Notes: a model not told the origin generated them from the sequence alone. A stretch of DNA of 64,000 nt from Octopus sinensis (GCF_006345805.1 NC_043004.1:85250001-85314000), one strand, 5' to 3'; counted from the stretch's first letter, positions 1-12,851 are shown. Translations and numbers: made by a program.

Positions 1-599
1 ACTTCCTTCCACATAAACATACGCACTCACGTCCGCTTGCACACGCAGCAATCTTGAAAACAAACGCACAAACACACCTATAGGCACGCACCATCGCATT
101 CATTTTCGTATAAACATTTACACGAAACACACAATCACGTTTCCAGTCATCTAGACATTTAGCGATATCTATAAATGACAACAGTGGCAAAAAGAGCAAC
201 GACAACAACAGCAACAACAACAACAGAATAGCTAAGACTAGTAAGGGAATAAGTCACGTTAAGATAATTTATTGCACAAATTCTATTTTCGTAAAAGTTG
301 TTTTATTGAAAAAGCTCACAGTATATATATTTTCTCATGAGAAAAGGCTTTCTTTCTAGCTTGGAGTTTGGGTGGTTATTCATTCTTTAAATAATTCTGT
401 TTTAGAAATGTCAAGAAAAAGAAATTTTAAAATATTTTATTGTATATTTATTATCTTTCTATTTTTTTTATTATTTATATTACATCTTTTTTTCTTTTTT
501 TAAAGACTTTTGAAAGATTTTTCCTTTGATTCAATTTGATTTTAGCTATTGTTCTTCGTTAGTTTTTGTATTTCTTTTTTGGTTCTCTTTTATTTTTAA

Positions 600-1116
600 C
601 CATTTATCGTCATCATCGTCGATTTCAATACTCATCTTCATCTTCATCATCATCATCATCATCATTATCGCCACCACCTCTGAGACTTGCATCCCCAGTA
701 CCATTACCACCAATATCATCATTATCAGCAGCAGCATCACCGCCACCATCATCACTAAGATCATCAACACCATCATCATCGGTACCGTCATCATCATCGC
801 CATCATCCTCATCATCATCATCATCGCCACCTCCTCTGACACTATCACTACCAACATCATCATTATCAGCAGCATCACCACCACCATCATTATCATGAAC
901 ATCATCCTCATCATCATTACCGTCATCATCATCGTCATGATTATCATCATCATCGCTGACGTCATCGTCATCTTTATCGTCACCATCGCGACCACCTCTG
1001 TCACTCACACTCGAGTACCACAACCATCACCAACATCATCATTATCATCAGCAGGAGAAGGAGCAGCAGCATCACCACAGCCATCATCACTACCATCATT
1101 ACCGCTGCTGTCATCG

Positions 1117-1180
<64 letters not shown>

Positions 1181-1200
1181 TATCATCATCATTGTCTTGT
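600..1200. repeat. Degenerate (CAT/CAC/ATC)n trinucleotide repeat
   Basis: Long runs of atc/cat/cac triplets; all six-frame ORFs here are low-complexity (poly-I, poly-S, poly-D, poly-M). Confidence 0.9.
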
Positions 1201-1729
1201 TCCTCTCTCCTCCGCTTCCTTTTTCTTACTATTGTAATGTTTTCTATTAGTATCATTTTTAGCAACACCAGAAGCAGCAGCAGATGCAACAGAAACTGCA
1301 GCAGTACATGTAATAGATGCAGCACCAGTTGCAGCAGCAGCAGCAGTAGCTGTTGTAGCTGTCGTGTTAGTCGTCTTATTTTATCGCGTGATTTAACTGC
1401 ACAATCATGCATATCCTTTTGAGAATTGAGTACGTTTCTTCGTTTTCATCTCATATTTTTCTGCTGCATTAAATCTATTAATTCCACTCAATACGACCTC
1501 AATTTCTAACTCTCGTTGCTTTTGTTATTAAATATTGAATCAGCCTTTATGAAGCAATGTAAATGATGAGACGTGTTCCAACTGCATCTACTACTTTGAA
1601 CTCATTATAAGCACATCATCTAATACCGCTATCACATTTTAGCCAAAAATGTTTACCACACAGGATGGCTCATTAGTTTGGCCCTTCTCCATAGAAGCGT
1701 ATACAGTATGCTCAAAAATGCCATCTCCT

Positions 1730-2195
1730 TACAATACGGCCTCCCGCTATTTTCGACACAGTATGGCTTCCCGATAACTTCAAGACAATATCGCCCCCTG
1801 CTAACTTTCAGGCAGTATGGCTTCCCGCTTGCTTCGAGAAAATATAACCTTCCGCTAACTTTAACAAAATATAATCTCCCGCTAACTTCGTGACAATATG
1901 GCCACCCACTAACTTCAAGACGACATGCCTTCCTTCTTACTTCGAGACGATATCGTCTTCCGCTAACTTTGAGACAGTATGGCTTCCCGCTTGCTTCGAG
2001 AAAATATAACCTCCTGCAATGGATTCCAGCTGCCTTCGATAAAATATAATCTACCGCTAAATTCATGACAATATGGCCACCCGCTAACCTCGAGAAAATA
2101 CAAACTCCTGCTAACTTCGTGACAATATAATCTCCTGCTAGCTTCGAGACAATATGGATTCCCGCTAGTTTAGAGACAATATGACCTCCCGCTAC
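1730..2195. repeat. 27-bp minisatellite, ~17 diverged units (consensus ~cttcccgctaacttcgagacaatatgg)
   Basis: Periodicity read directly; a 38-bp block is identical at 1813-1850 and 1975-2012 (offset 162 = 6 x 27). Confidence 0.85.
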
Positions 2196-2707
2196 ATTCA
2201 CTATTATGGACGATGTCATACATCATTTTCAGGAGATTTATCCGTTATCGCTTTCACTTCTGGGGAAGATGACGAGGATGCCACACTTTAAGTTTTCCCT
2301 CGATAGTCACGGGGATGCCTGCTTCTATATTCCTATACAAGACTCTTTCTCGTTTCCATTGAAAGAAGGGCCCACGATTTCTGGGAAGGTGTAAGTCCAG
2401 TACATCCAGATAGGTTACCGATCGAAACTTATTTTATTGATCTCGATAAGTGAAAGACAAATTCTACTCGGCAAAATTTGAACTCATAAGCTACAGATAT
2501 ACGTAATGCCGCCAACACAACCAAAACCACGATTTAATAGCAATTTTCGAAGGAATGAAAAATGAAAAGTCATTCCTTGTTATTTATATTTGCGGTTATT
2601 TTTATTTGCTTCTTCTAGCATGTAAAATTACCTGCTAAAGGGTAATTTCTTTTGTGTTTAAATGTACACTATTTAAAAATTTGAATATTCGCTACTCTAT
2701 ATATATG

Positions 2708-2755
<48 letters not shown>

Positions 2756-2757
<2 letters not shown>

Positions 2758-2842
2758 GACGGATTTCTTTCAGTTACCGTCTACCAAATCCACTCACAAG
2801 GCTTTGCTTGGCCAGAAGCTATAGCAGAAGACACCTACCCAA
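2756..2842 (-). mobile_element. Fragment of SINE family A (CORE-like, OR2-type)
   Basis: ctaccaaatccactcacaaggcttt...gctatagcagaagacac matches the body of fuller copies at 3786-4195 and 36001-36420. Confidence 0.7.
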
Positions 2843-3785
2843 TGCGTACTTAGAAAACAATCTTCTTACAACACATCTAACGCTGGAGTGTGTGCAGGCG
2901 TGTAGAAATGTATGTTAGGTGTGCGTTTATGTGTATGTGTGTGTATGTGGGCGTGCGCAAGTCGCTGTGTTCGTGTGTGTTATTCATACAATCTCAAATA
3001 TCTCATTCGAAACTAAATATTTATATACATGTCCGTATGTCTGTGTCAGTCTGTCTGCATGTATGTATGTACGCGTCCCTGTATATTCGTACGTATGTAT
3101 GTATGTCATTGTTCAGTTATATTTTAAGATGTCTTGCCAATAGAGAATGAGCCGGTCTCTATCCTAGATTATACTTTCAACATCAACAACACTGCATTTT
3201 TGTATGTAGGTGTATACGTATGTATGCATGTAAGTAAGTATGTATGTAAGTGTGCATGTATGTTTATGTGCAGATTTTTATGTTTTATGTTTTCTCATGC
3301 ATTCAGTTGCATATCTAGACATGCTCATACATATTTTAAATGCTAAACTTCAGGAAAGTGATGAATTAGATCTGCATGTATGAACGTGTGCCTGTATGTA
3401 CGTATGTATGTCTGTTTTTATTTAAGTATCAATATATGTGTATGTGTGCATGGATATTTATGATAGTTAATGCATATATGTTTGTTCTGAAAACACAAGT
3501 GGATAGGTGTTACGTCACAAATTCCACTCGTTCTGCAATATATATTTATATTCTACTTCATTGCATGTATTTTGTAGTCACAGCAGGAACAGTTTTTAGA
3601 ATTCCTTTCACCTAAACATTATGTCTTGTGATTCCGAGCGAAATGTGTTCTTTTAATTTATATTCTTTACCCATTCGTATATGTCAAATAAGCATTTTGC
3701 TTGACAATGCCTTAACAATTTATCATCTAAAACCCATTCTGTTTAAATGTTAATGCTTTAAGAACCTATGTACTTCCATATTTTT

Positions 3786-4195
3786 TCTCTTTTACTCTTT
3801 TACTTGTTTCAGTCATTTGACTGCGGCTATGCTGGAGCACCACCTTTAGTAGAGCAAATCGACCCCAGGACTTATTCTTTGTAAGCCCAGTACTTATTCT
3901 ATCGTCTCTTTTGCCGAACCGCTAAGTTACGGGGACGTAAACACACCAGCATCGGTTGTCAAGCGATGTCGGTTGGGGGAGCAAACACAGGCATACAAAC
4001 ATATACACACACACATATATATGCATATATACGACGGGCTTCTTTCAGTTTCCGTCTACTAAATCCACTCACAAGGCTTTGGTCGGCCCGAGGCTATAGT
4101 AGAAGACACTTGCCCACGTTGTCACGCAGTGGGACTGAACCCGGAACCATGTGGTTGGTAAACAAGCTACTTATCACTCAACAACTCCTGTGCTT
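3786..4195 (-). mobile_element. tRNA-derived SINE family A (head + CORE-like body + internal microsatellite + tail), full length
   Basis: Minus strand: head with B-box-like gttccgggttcagtccc, CORE-like gggcaagtgtcttct, internal (TA/CA)n, tail ending gaaacaagtaaaagagtaaaagag; multiple homologues in the window. Confidence 0.85.
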
Positions 4196-5047
4196 AATTC
4201 CTAAATTACAACGCAGCAAAGCGAGCATCCAGGCAGCAACATATCGCTTCGTTCACAATACGTCTATGCAGATTATATCGAGGATATCTGATCTCTGTTG
4301 CTTTTCGTCGTTGGAGAATACCTCTTCCTTTTTGATGATAAGCATAACGAACACAGTTTCTAAGAGAACGTGGTGTTTTCTCTGAATATGGCAGACTGTA
4401 TTATGAATAAATGGGTACGTTATTTTTGCACTCAAAGTTTCTGTCATTAGATTTCACTTAATAAAAGAGGAAGTGGATGATTTTGTGTGTATTATTATCT
4501 TCACTTTAGTTTTCAACTATTTATCTCACATTAATTTTCTGTCTTTCTCTGTTCGCTACATGTATTACCTAATCGATACTGAGCTCCAGGCGCGCTGACG
4601 CTGCAGCAATAATCATATGTATGTAACCCATCGTTTAAGTCTATGAAAATAGTCATTTTCAATAAGGAATCAGTAATTCGTTTCTATCTTTTAAATAAAT
4701 TTCAATCCCTCACATAAATAAAAAAAATTCCTTTTACGTGTTTCCATCTTCGTTACACCCTAATAACTTTACGACTGTGTTAGATTCATACTTCAAGATT
4801 ATTTTCGTATAGAAAAAACTCAATGGATCACATATAACTAATTCCTTCCAGTATTTATTATGTATGCTCCAATGCCTCCTAATGAAATTCTGAAGAAGTT
4901 TTTCATCTGTGATCTATTTCTGATAAAGATGTACCATAGTGTTCTACACAATATATGCCTCTTTTGTTATTCCCGTCCTCTTAATATATCAATGTGTTTG
5001 TGTGTATGCACACACACACACATGCACACAACACATACTCATATAGG

Positions 5048-5111
<64 letters not shown>

Positions 5112-6179
5112 ATATATATTATATATATATATATAATGTATAGATTTATTTTTATATTTTCTCTGTGTGCGTGCGAGTGTCTGCAGGTGTTTAAATTATT
5201 TAAGCCAAAATCTTGTAAGTTATAAAAATACAATAATATAGGCCGATGGTCAATAGGATCCTTCGGTGAGCACCCATTGTTGCTCACCTTCTTCCTCTTG
5301 CGGCCCTTCTTTGAGGAGTCCTCCGCCTCCTCGGGAGAAAACAATTTCTTACCACACAGCCAACGCTTGAGTGTGTGCAACGATTGAGTGTATACCTGAT
5401 ATTTCAATACATATTTCAGCGTTAGGACACCTTCGTTAAGAAATATCTTACAGTCATCAAAACAACCACTGAGCCGAGACGAATGCAGCGATCTCAACTG
5501 ACTTTAAGAAAAATTGAAGGCAGGACTTAAGAAAACTGCGACGTTATGGCAGCAACAACGCGGTACAGATACAACCATTTTTATATCACCGGGCTAAGCA
5601 ATAGTATGCACGTTAAAAAGAGTAATTTTTAGAAGTATTTCCTAATTTCTACACCGACGCCGCATTTTGCATTCGTAGAGAAATTCACATTGAATTCAAG
5701 ATTAATTCACATATAGTTTCCTACTAAATCTCCTCAAGTTAGTTTTCGGAAGAGAATTCATTATTTTTTCTTTGAATCCTTATCTCAGTAATACCGCATT
5801 ATAAGGGGCTGTGTTATTAACAATATGACGGCGTTATTATACCCGTCTTATATCACCACTTCACTATTTGATGTTAGACATTAATCACTTAATTTCGTCT
5901 GGGATAGAAAAAAAAACTTTTAAATACTTATGAATATATATAATCGCACCTTTAAGTTTTCTACAATGACTATTTTTGCCACGTTAATTTCCTGCAAATA
6001 TTTCCTTAGCTTGGCCCTTAATTTTCCTTGAAACTACCTATCTTTCATCTCTGTGATCGGCTGAGTTATGCGCCTGTCTATGTTCTCTATTAGATTCAAT
6101 AAATACTGCAATGAGGTCTCCAACGCCGGCCGAATTGTAGACAATAACAGAAACTCTGTGCATGTGCGCACATAGCTGA

Positions 6180-6309
6180 CTAGCTAGATGAATAGACAGA
6201 CATGCAGACAGACTGATAAATAGATAATTAGATAAATATATACATAGATAGATAAATAGAAACATAGATAGATAGATAGATAGATACATAGATAGATAGA
6301 TACATAGAT
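6180..6309. repeat. Degenerate (GATA)n microsatellite at the 3' flank of Tx1 truncated copy 1
   Basis: tagatagatag runs immediately abutting the element end. Confidence 0.85.
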
Positions 6310-7751
6310 ATGTTTCTTTATTAGCCACACAGGGCTGCACACAGATAGAACAAATTACAAGGTAGAGCTTTTCTTTTGAAGGTTTAAAAAAAAAAAAAAG
6401 AAAAAAAAAGGAAGGGGGAGTTTCGATCAAAAGGGATCGTAAAAGGAGAGAAAGAGGACAAAAAAAGGGGGAGAGGAAGAAAAAAAAGAGAAAAAAAAAA
6501 AAAATTGATCAATAGGGATCGTTATCACAGAAATGTCAATATGAAGTGTAAAGGGGAGGACAGGTGAGGTTTACCCGTGGAAAGAAAAGCCTACGGAAAA
6601 GACCACGGTAACCTCGGTCAATGGAGTCACATGTTATATTTCTTTTTTTTTTTTTTTTGCAAATAAGCAACTCTCTGTTTTCAATTTCTGGGTTCATAGG
6701 ATCATGCTCAAGGTGGCTTCGTCATTCATACGTGCCATTCATGCTACATTCACCCATCTTTTTTTAAAACATTCGCTAGACAAAACTTGCCTCTCTACTC
6801 TCACTTTCCTTTTCAAGTGGTACTTGAAGAAGTTGATGAGAGATTGACCAGAGAGGAAAGTGTTTGTCTCCAATCCTTTCAGACGTGTCCACCAGATACA
6901 TTCTTTCGCCATAGCCACAAGGATGATGAAAATAGCTCTTCCTTCCCGTTTGAAGGAGGGAGGCGTGACAATATTAACGATAGACTCAGCTGATAAACCG
7001 ACTTGTCCCACACGTGACAGCAGTTGTTCGACAGAAGCCCACAGGTCGGAAATTGTTGAACACTGCACGAGTGCGTGCAGAACGGTTTCGTCGCTCTGAC
7101 CGCATCTCGGGCAGGTCGGCCCCGTGTTTCTCGAGCCGTGTCTGTAGAGCTTATCCCGAACGGGTAGCGCTTCTCGGTAGCACTGCCAGGCCAGGGATCT
7201 CTGGAAGTTGTCCATGGGCCCTGGCCCGAAAGTCGTCCCGAACAGGCGGCTCAGGTACTCCTCGTCGACGTCCAGGTTCGCCCCGAGCTCGTCGTCGTAC
7301 CTCCCCTCCACTAAACCCCTATAGAATGCTTTGGTTGTATTGAAGTCACTCAAGGTCGACCCAGGACGGCAGAGTTGCTTGAGAGCAACGCGACACTCGC
7401 GGTGCCATTCGCCCTTCTTCGGCCTCTTTTTGATCCACGACTGCAGTTCGGTCATGGAGACGAGCTGTGGGAAAGCGTGCCTCACAAACGGCGACCACGC
7501 CTGTTCACCGTCGTCTACATAGAGCCAGAGATGTCGCAGTCTCAGCGCGTGTCTGCGCATCATCAACCACGGCATGCCCAGCCCTCCTTTTAACGGGTGT
7601 TGACAGCAAATGGATCGCCTGACCATCGGGACGCATCCTTTCCACAAGAAGCGAAAGAGAATGCGTTGTAGTTTGGTGATGGTAGGGTCGGGACAAGGTA
7701 CGACGTCAGGCGGTAGTAGATGACGGACGCGATGTACGTGTTCGTCACCTC
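6310..7751 (-). mobile_element. 5'-truncated Tx1-group LINE, copy 1 (3' part of ORF2 + 3'UTR)
   Basis: Near-identical to 27966-29406; ORF 6739-7647 encodes post-RT region and CPRCGQSDETVLHALVQC zinc finger. Confidence 0.95.
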
Positions 7752-7773
7752 ATAGATAGATAGGCAGACAGAT

Positions 7774-7813
<40 letters not shown>

Positions 7814-7912
7814 TAGATAGATAGATAGATAGACAGATAGGTAGATGGATGGATAGATGATAGATAGATAGATAGATAGATAGATATAGATAGATAGATA
7901 GATACATAGATA

Positions 7913-9350
7913 GTTTCTTTATTAGCCACACAGGGCTGCACACAGATAGAACAAATTACAAGGTAGAGCTTTTCTTTTGAAGGTTTAAAAAAAAAAAAAA
8001 GAAAAAAAAAAGGAAGGGGGAGTTTCGATCAAAAGGGATCGTAAAAGGAGAGAAAGAGGACAAAAAAAGGGGGAGAGGAAGAAAAAAAAGAGAAAAAAAA
8101 AAAAAATTGATCAATAGGGATCGTTATCACAGAAATGTCAATATGAAGTGTAAAGGGGAGGACAGGTGAGGTTTACCCGTGGAAAGAAAAGCCTACGGAA
8201 AAGACCACGGTAACCTCGGTCAATGGAGTCACATGTTATATTCTTTTTTTTTTTTTTTTGCAAATAAGCAACTCTCTGTTTTCAATTTCTGGGTTCATAG
8301 GATCATGCTCAAGGTGGCTTCGTCATTCATACGTGCCATTCTTGCTAAATTCACCCATCTTTTTTTAAAACATTCGCTAGACAAAACTTGCCTCTCTACT
8401 CTCACTTTCCTTTTCAAGTGGTACTTGAAGAAGTTGATGAGAGATTGACCAGAGAGGAAAGTGTTTGTCTCCAATCCTTTCAGACGCGTCCACCAGATAC
8501 ATTCTTTCGCCATAGCCACAAGGATGATGAAAATAGCTCTTCCTTCCCGTTTGAAGGAGGGAGGCGTGACAATATTAACGATAGACTCAGCTGATAAACC
8601 GACTGTCCCACACGTGACAGCAGTTGTTCGACATAAGCCCACAGGTCGGAAATTGTTGAACACTGCACGAGTGCGTGCAGAACGGTTTCGTCGCTCTGAC
8701 CGCATCTCGGGCAGGTCGGCCCCGTGTTTCTCGAGCCGTGTCTGTAGAGCTTATCCCGAACGGGTAGCGCTTCTCGGTAGCACTGCCAGGCCAGGGATCT
8801 CTGGAAGTTGTCCATGGGCCCTGGCCCGAAAGTCGTCCTGAACAGGCGGCTCAGGTACTCCTCGTCGACGTCCAGGTTCGCCCCGAGCTCGTCGTCGTAC
8901 CTCCCCTCCACTAAACCCCTATAGAATGCTTTGGTTGTATTGAAGTCACTCAAGGTCGACCCAGGACGGCAGAGTTGCTGAGAGCAACGCGACACTCGCG
9001 GTGCCATTCGCCCTTCTTCGGCCTCTTTTTGATCCACGACTGCAGTTCGGTCATGGAGACGAGCTGCGGAAAGCGTGCCTCACAAACGGCGACCACGCCT
9101 GTTCACCGTCGTCTACATAGAGCCAGAGATGTCGCAGTCTCAGCGCGTGTCTGCGCATCATCAACCACGGCATGCCCAGCCCTCCTTTTAACGGGTGTTG
9201 ACAGCAAATGGATCGCCTGACCATCGGGACGCATCCTTTCCACAAGAAGCGAAAGAGAATGCGTTGTAGTTTGGTGATGGTAGGGTCGGGACAAGGTACG
9301 ACGGTCAGGCGGTAGTAGATGACGGACGCGATGTACGTGTTCGTCACCTC
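7913..9350 (-). mobile_element. 5'-truncated Tx1-group LINE, copy 2 (tandem duplicate of copy 1)
   Basis: Same 5' breakpoint (ttcgtcacctc|atagatag) and same 3' end as copy 1; offset 1599 bp; (GATA)n on both sides. Confidence 0.95.
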
Positions 9351-9368
9351 ATAGATAGATAGACAGAC

Positions 9369-9419
<51 letters not shown>

Positions 9420-9579
9420 AGGTATATAGATACCATTTTTAGTCCCAGGCGAACATCTTTTCCAGCTGGTCATCGACGCACAACTGCGTCCTTATGCCTC
9501 GAACAAAGGAGCTAATGTCCACAGCAAACCTTAGATTGACTGTTGCTTTAAAATTACATACATCCAGCCTTCCATAGAT

Positions 9580-9755
9580 CGCTTGCCACCAAAACTTTTT
9601 CTATTTCCTCTCCCTGTTTATTTCTGTGTACCTTTCTGCCGAAGAGCGTAGGCTCGAAACGTAAAAGACTTTCTTACTTCCCGAGCGTTAAACTAATACA
9701 TCCGTTGTTGTTTAAGCACTCTTCGTCTTTTGTCTTTTTGAAAATTTTTTCGATA
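9580..9755 (+). mobile_element. ~180-bp short interspersed element (family D) with hammerhead-like core, copy 1
   Basis: Shares atagatc...gaagagcgtaggctcgaaacgtaaaagac...tcttcgtcttttg with 11915-12105 and 41375-41550. Confidence 0.7.
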
Positions 9756-9769
9756 TATATATATATATA

Positions 9770-9832
<63 letters not shown>

Positions 9833-9956
9833 CAGAGACAGAGAGAGAGAGACAGACAGACAGATAAAGAAAGAGAGAGAGAGAGAGAAAGATAGATAGA
9901 TACACACACACACACACTCACACAAGGCCTAGTGATGCCATCTCTAGTTAAGTTTA

Positions 9957-10442
9957 TACTGTGCCTAATCAGGGCTGTTACTTTACGTCGGCAAATGAGC
10001 TTTACTCTGTATTATTGCTACTACTTATTTCTCGATCAGAGATTTAAAACTAATTGCTTTCCTCCTTAAAAGATCAGTAATTGTGAGCCACTTCTAAACA
10101 ATATATCTCGAGCAAGACCTACTGCTGCTGTCTCTAGCAAAAGCTATCCTGTGCTGATGAAGGGAAATAATCCAGAAAGCACTGACCTGCAGGCACCGTT
10201 TAAGTCTGAGTGGGGACATTGGCTCCCTTCTTCGAGGTATAAGGATGCAGCTTCACGTTGATAGCCTGCTGGAAAAGATGGTTTCCCCTGAGGGTAAGAA
10301 AGGTAGTAACCCCGTCCTAATCAGGCCTGCCAATTTACTGTGCCTAATCGGGGCTGTTACTTTACGTCGGCAAATAAGCTTTACTCTGTATTATTGTTAC
10401 TACTTATTTCTCACTCAGGGATTTAAAACTAATTGTTTTTCC

Positions 10443-10443
<1 letters not shown>
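9957..10443 (+). repeat. ~107-bp direct repeats (9957-10063, 10336-10443) bracketing a hammerhead-like motif; ~380-bp period
   Basis: tactgtgcctaatc(a/g)gggctgttactttacgtcggcaaat...gatttaaaactaattg occurs twice. Confidence 0.8.
10143..10265 (+). ncRNA. Candidate type-I hammerhead ribozyme (possibly degenerate)
   Basis: CTGATGA 10154-10160 and GAAA 10175-10178; gcT-T triplet at 10250-10253; helix I tgtg/cacg plus gctatc/gatagc in register; helix II closing pair mismatched (A/A). Confidence 0.4.
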
Positions 10444-10505
<62 letters not shown>

Positions 10506-10737
10506 TAAGAAATGATATACAATACAATATGCTTCATAACAAATACATGATTATGCATGCGTAGCATATCATCTTACATGTAAATTGGAAAAACTGGTTG
10601 GATAGTCAAAGAAATACAGTAAGCACTCGTATATCCCGAAACAAATAATGTATAATGTGTTCAAATACACCCACATAAATATATGCGTGAGTGTGCGTGT
10701 CTCAGCCTTTGTTGTGTGGGTGTGTATATATATATAC

Positions 10738-10860
<123 letters not shown>

Positions 10861-10911
10861 TATATACATATACATGTATATACATATATATATGTATATA
10901 TGTAAATATAA

Positions 10912-10955
<44 letters not shown>

Positions 10956-11914
10956 GTGTATGTGCTTATCAATTATATTTACATAAATAACAGAAAAGAA
11001 AGACTTCTGAGAAGTCTCATTCATATGCAGCAGGCATTTGTTTACTTAATCGTGACGTGCAAATGAAACATCGCCATTCATAACCTGCGCTCCTAGCATT
11101 TTAAAACGGTTGCAACGGTGTTTGAATATTTGATTTCCAAAATTATCGATCGCTGCCGTTTCCAAGAAGGAAATTATCCATCATTATTTATTTAAGAAAT
11201 CCTCAGCTACTGCTCTCCTTTTAGGAATATTAACTTTCCTCTGTTATTAGCATTAACGATATCATTTGGAATATTAATGGCACAATGATATTCTGTTTAA
11301 TTACAAGAATATTAGATGTTTAAAATCTGAGATATTTTCTCTATTGCTACGGCTATCCTTTTAGATATGTTATCTAAGTTTGCTTAACGAATCTTATTAA
11401 TATATGAGACATCAATAATTCATAGTAGATATCTGTAAACTTATATATTATTCAATTTAATCTTTCATTTTACTTACACGACTAACCGACCAAAACAATA
11501 TTCATTTATTCACATAGTGTATCCAATGTGAAGAATAGATGTATCTTACCTGAGATAATATTTTCATTTCTTCAATAGAATAACATCCGTTGATAAAGAA
11601 ATAAATGACATTCATTGAAGATTTCGTGCATACTCAGACATAGCGACATATCTTCAAGAATCAAACGATTGAATTTGTTAATGTTTGCGCAATTATTTAG
11701 AAATATCAATATAACTGTACTTAAATTGCACTTAGATTAACGCTTTCCAAAATTTATCTGCCCCAAAATGGCTGATTATGGAGCGATAGAAAAGAGAATT
11801 GAAAGGTGTTGTATCCATATACGCAGCTATACAGACCAATATCTATATATCGATGTGTGTATCTGTCTACATATCTCTCAGTCGGTGTATCTTTCTGTTT
11901 ATCAGTTTATCCTG

Positions 11915-12105
11915 CCTTCCATAGATCACTAGCCACTAAATCTATTACTATTTTCTCTTCCTGTATATTTCTGTGTTCCTTTTTATCGAAGAGCGTAGGC
12001 TCGAAACGTAAAAGACATTCTCATTTCCCAAGAGTTAAACTAATATATCTGTTTGTTATTTAAACACTCGTCTTCGTCTTTTGTGTGTTTCAAAATTCTC
12101 ACTAC
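11915..12105 (+). mobile_element. Family D short element, copy 2
   Basis: gaagagcgtaggctcgaaacgtaaaagac core and flanks homologous to 9580-9755. Confidence 0.7.
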
Positions 12106-12170
12106 GTGTGTGTGTGTGTGTGTGTGTATAGATAGCGAGGCATAGAAAGGTAGATAGATACAAACACACT

Positions 12171-12214
<44 letters not shown>

Positions 12215-12277
12215 CAGCCATATATATATGTATGTATGTATGTATCTATGTATGTATGTATCTATGTATGTATGTAT

Positions 12278-12400
12278 ACGGCGGGCTTGTTTCAGTTTCC
12301 ATCAATCACACCAGCTCAGAAAGCTTTAGCAAAAGGCACTTGGTCAAGGTGCCATTGAAGTGTTTTAGAAGCAAACTTCTTGTCAGACAGCCAGCCTGCA
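12278..12400 (-). mobile_element. Degenerate SINE family A head/body fragment
   Basis: gggcttgtttcagtttcc...cacttggtcaaggtgcca resembles the family A body. Confidence 0.5.
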
Positions 12401-12409
12401 TCTATATAT

Positions 12410-12450
<41 letters not shown>

Positions 12451-12483
12451 TTGAGTTGTGGGGTATCGCACGAGTGGAATTAT

Positions 12484-12851
12484 ATATGAAAGAAGGTTTG
12501 AAAATGCAATTTAAAAGATGTTTATTTACTTAACCGGTTTCACTCTTTGGTAAAAGATTGTCAAAAGTAACATTGAATATTATGGGTTCAAAAAAGTTTT
12601 TTACATAATTGTCACATTGAATATTATGAATTCAAAAATGTTTTTTTATACATAATTGTCACATTACATGTATAACTGTAGTGTTTGATAACAGAGATAT
12701 GTTAAGAGCATAAAAAAGTTCAATAGTGTGATGAGAATATTTGGAAAAATTGGCAGAAAAGAATAAAACAAATATATTATTGGAAATAATATATATATAA
12801 CCGGTTAAAAAAATAAACATCTTTTAAATTGCATTTTCAAACCTTCTTTCA
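12484..12851. mobile_element. (TA)n-flanked fold-back element with ~55-bp inverted arms (12484-12539 / 12798-12851)
   Basis: tgaaagaaggtttgaaaatgcaatttaaaagatgtttattt...aaccggtt and its reverse complement; internal ~44-bp tandem duplication at 12570-12659. Confidence 0.8.
12526..12570 (-). ncRNA. Minimal hammerhead-like motif (U3/A8 core variant, palindromic helix III)
   Basis: Minus: ttactt-TTGACAA-tcttttaccaaagagt-GAA-ACCGGT-T-aagtaa; 6-bp helix I in register. Confidence 0.45.

Noticed and set aside
526-1422. 298-aa and overlapping ORFs, including an apparent hydrophobic/TM tail
   Set aside because: Translations of degenerate trinucleotide repeats, open in several frames; no domain signature.
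2230-2396. Possible plus-strand exon (ttttcag ... gt|gtaagt)
   Set aside because: Splice-like signals are present but the peptide is unrecognisable and nothing else supports it.
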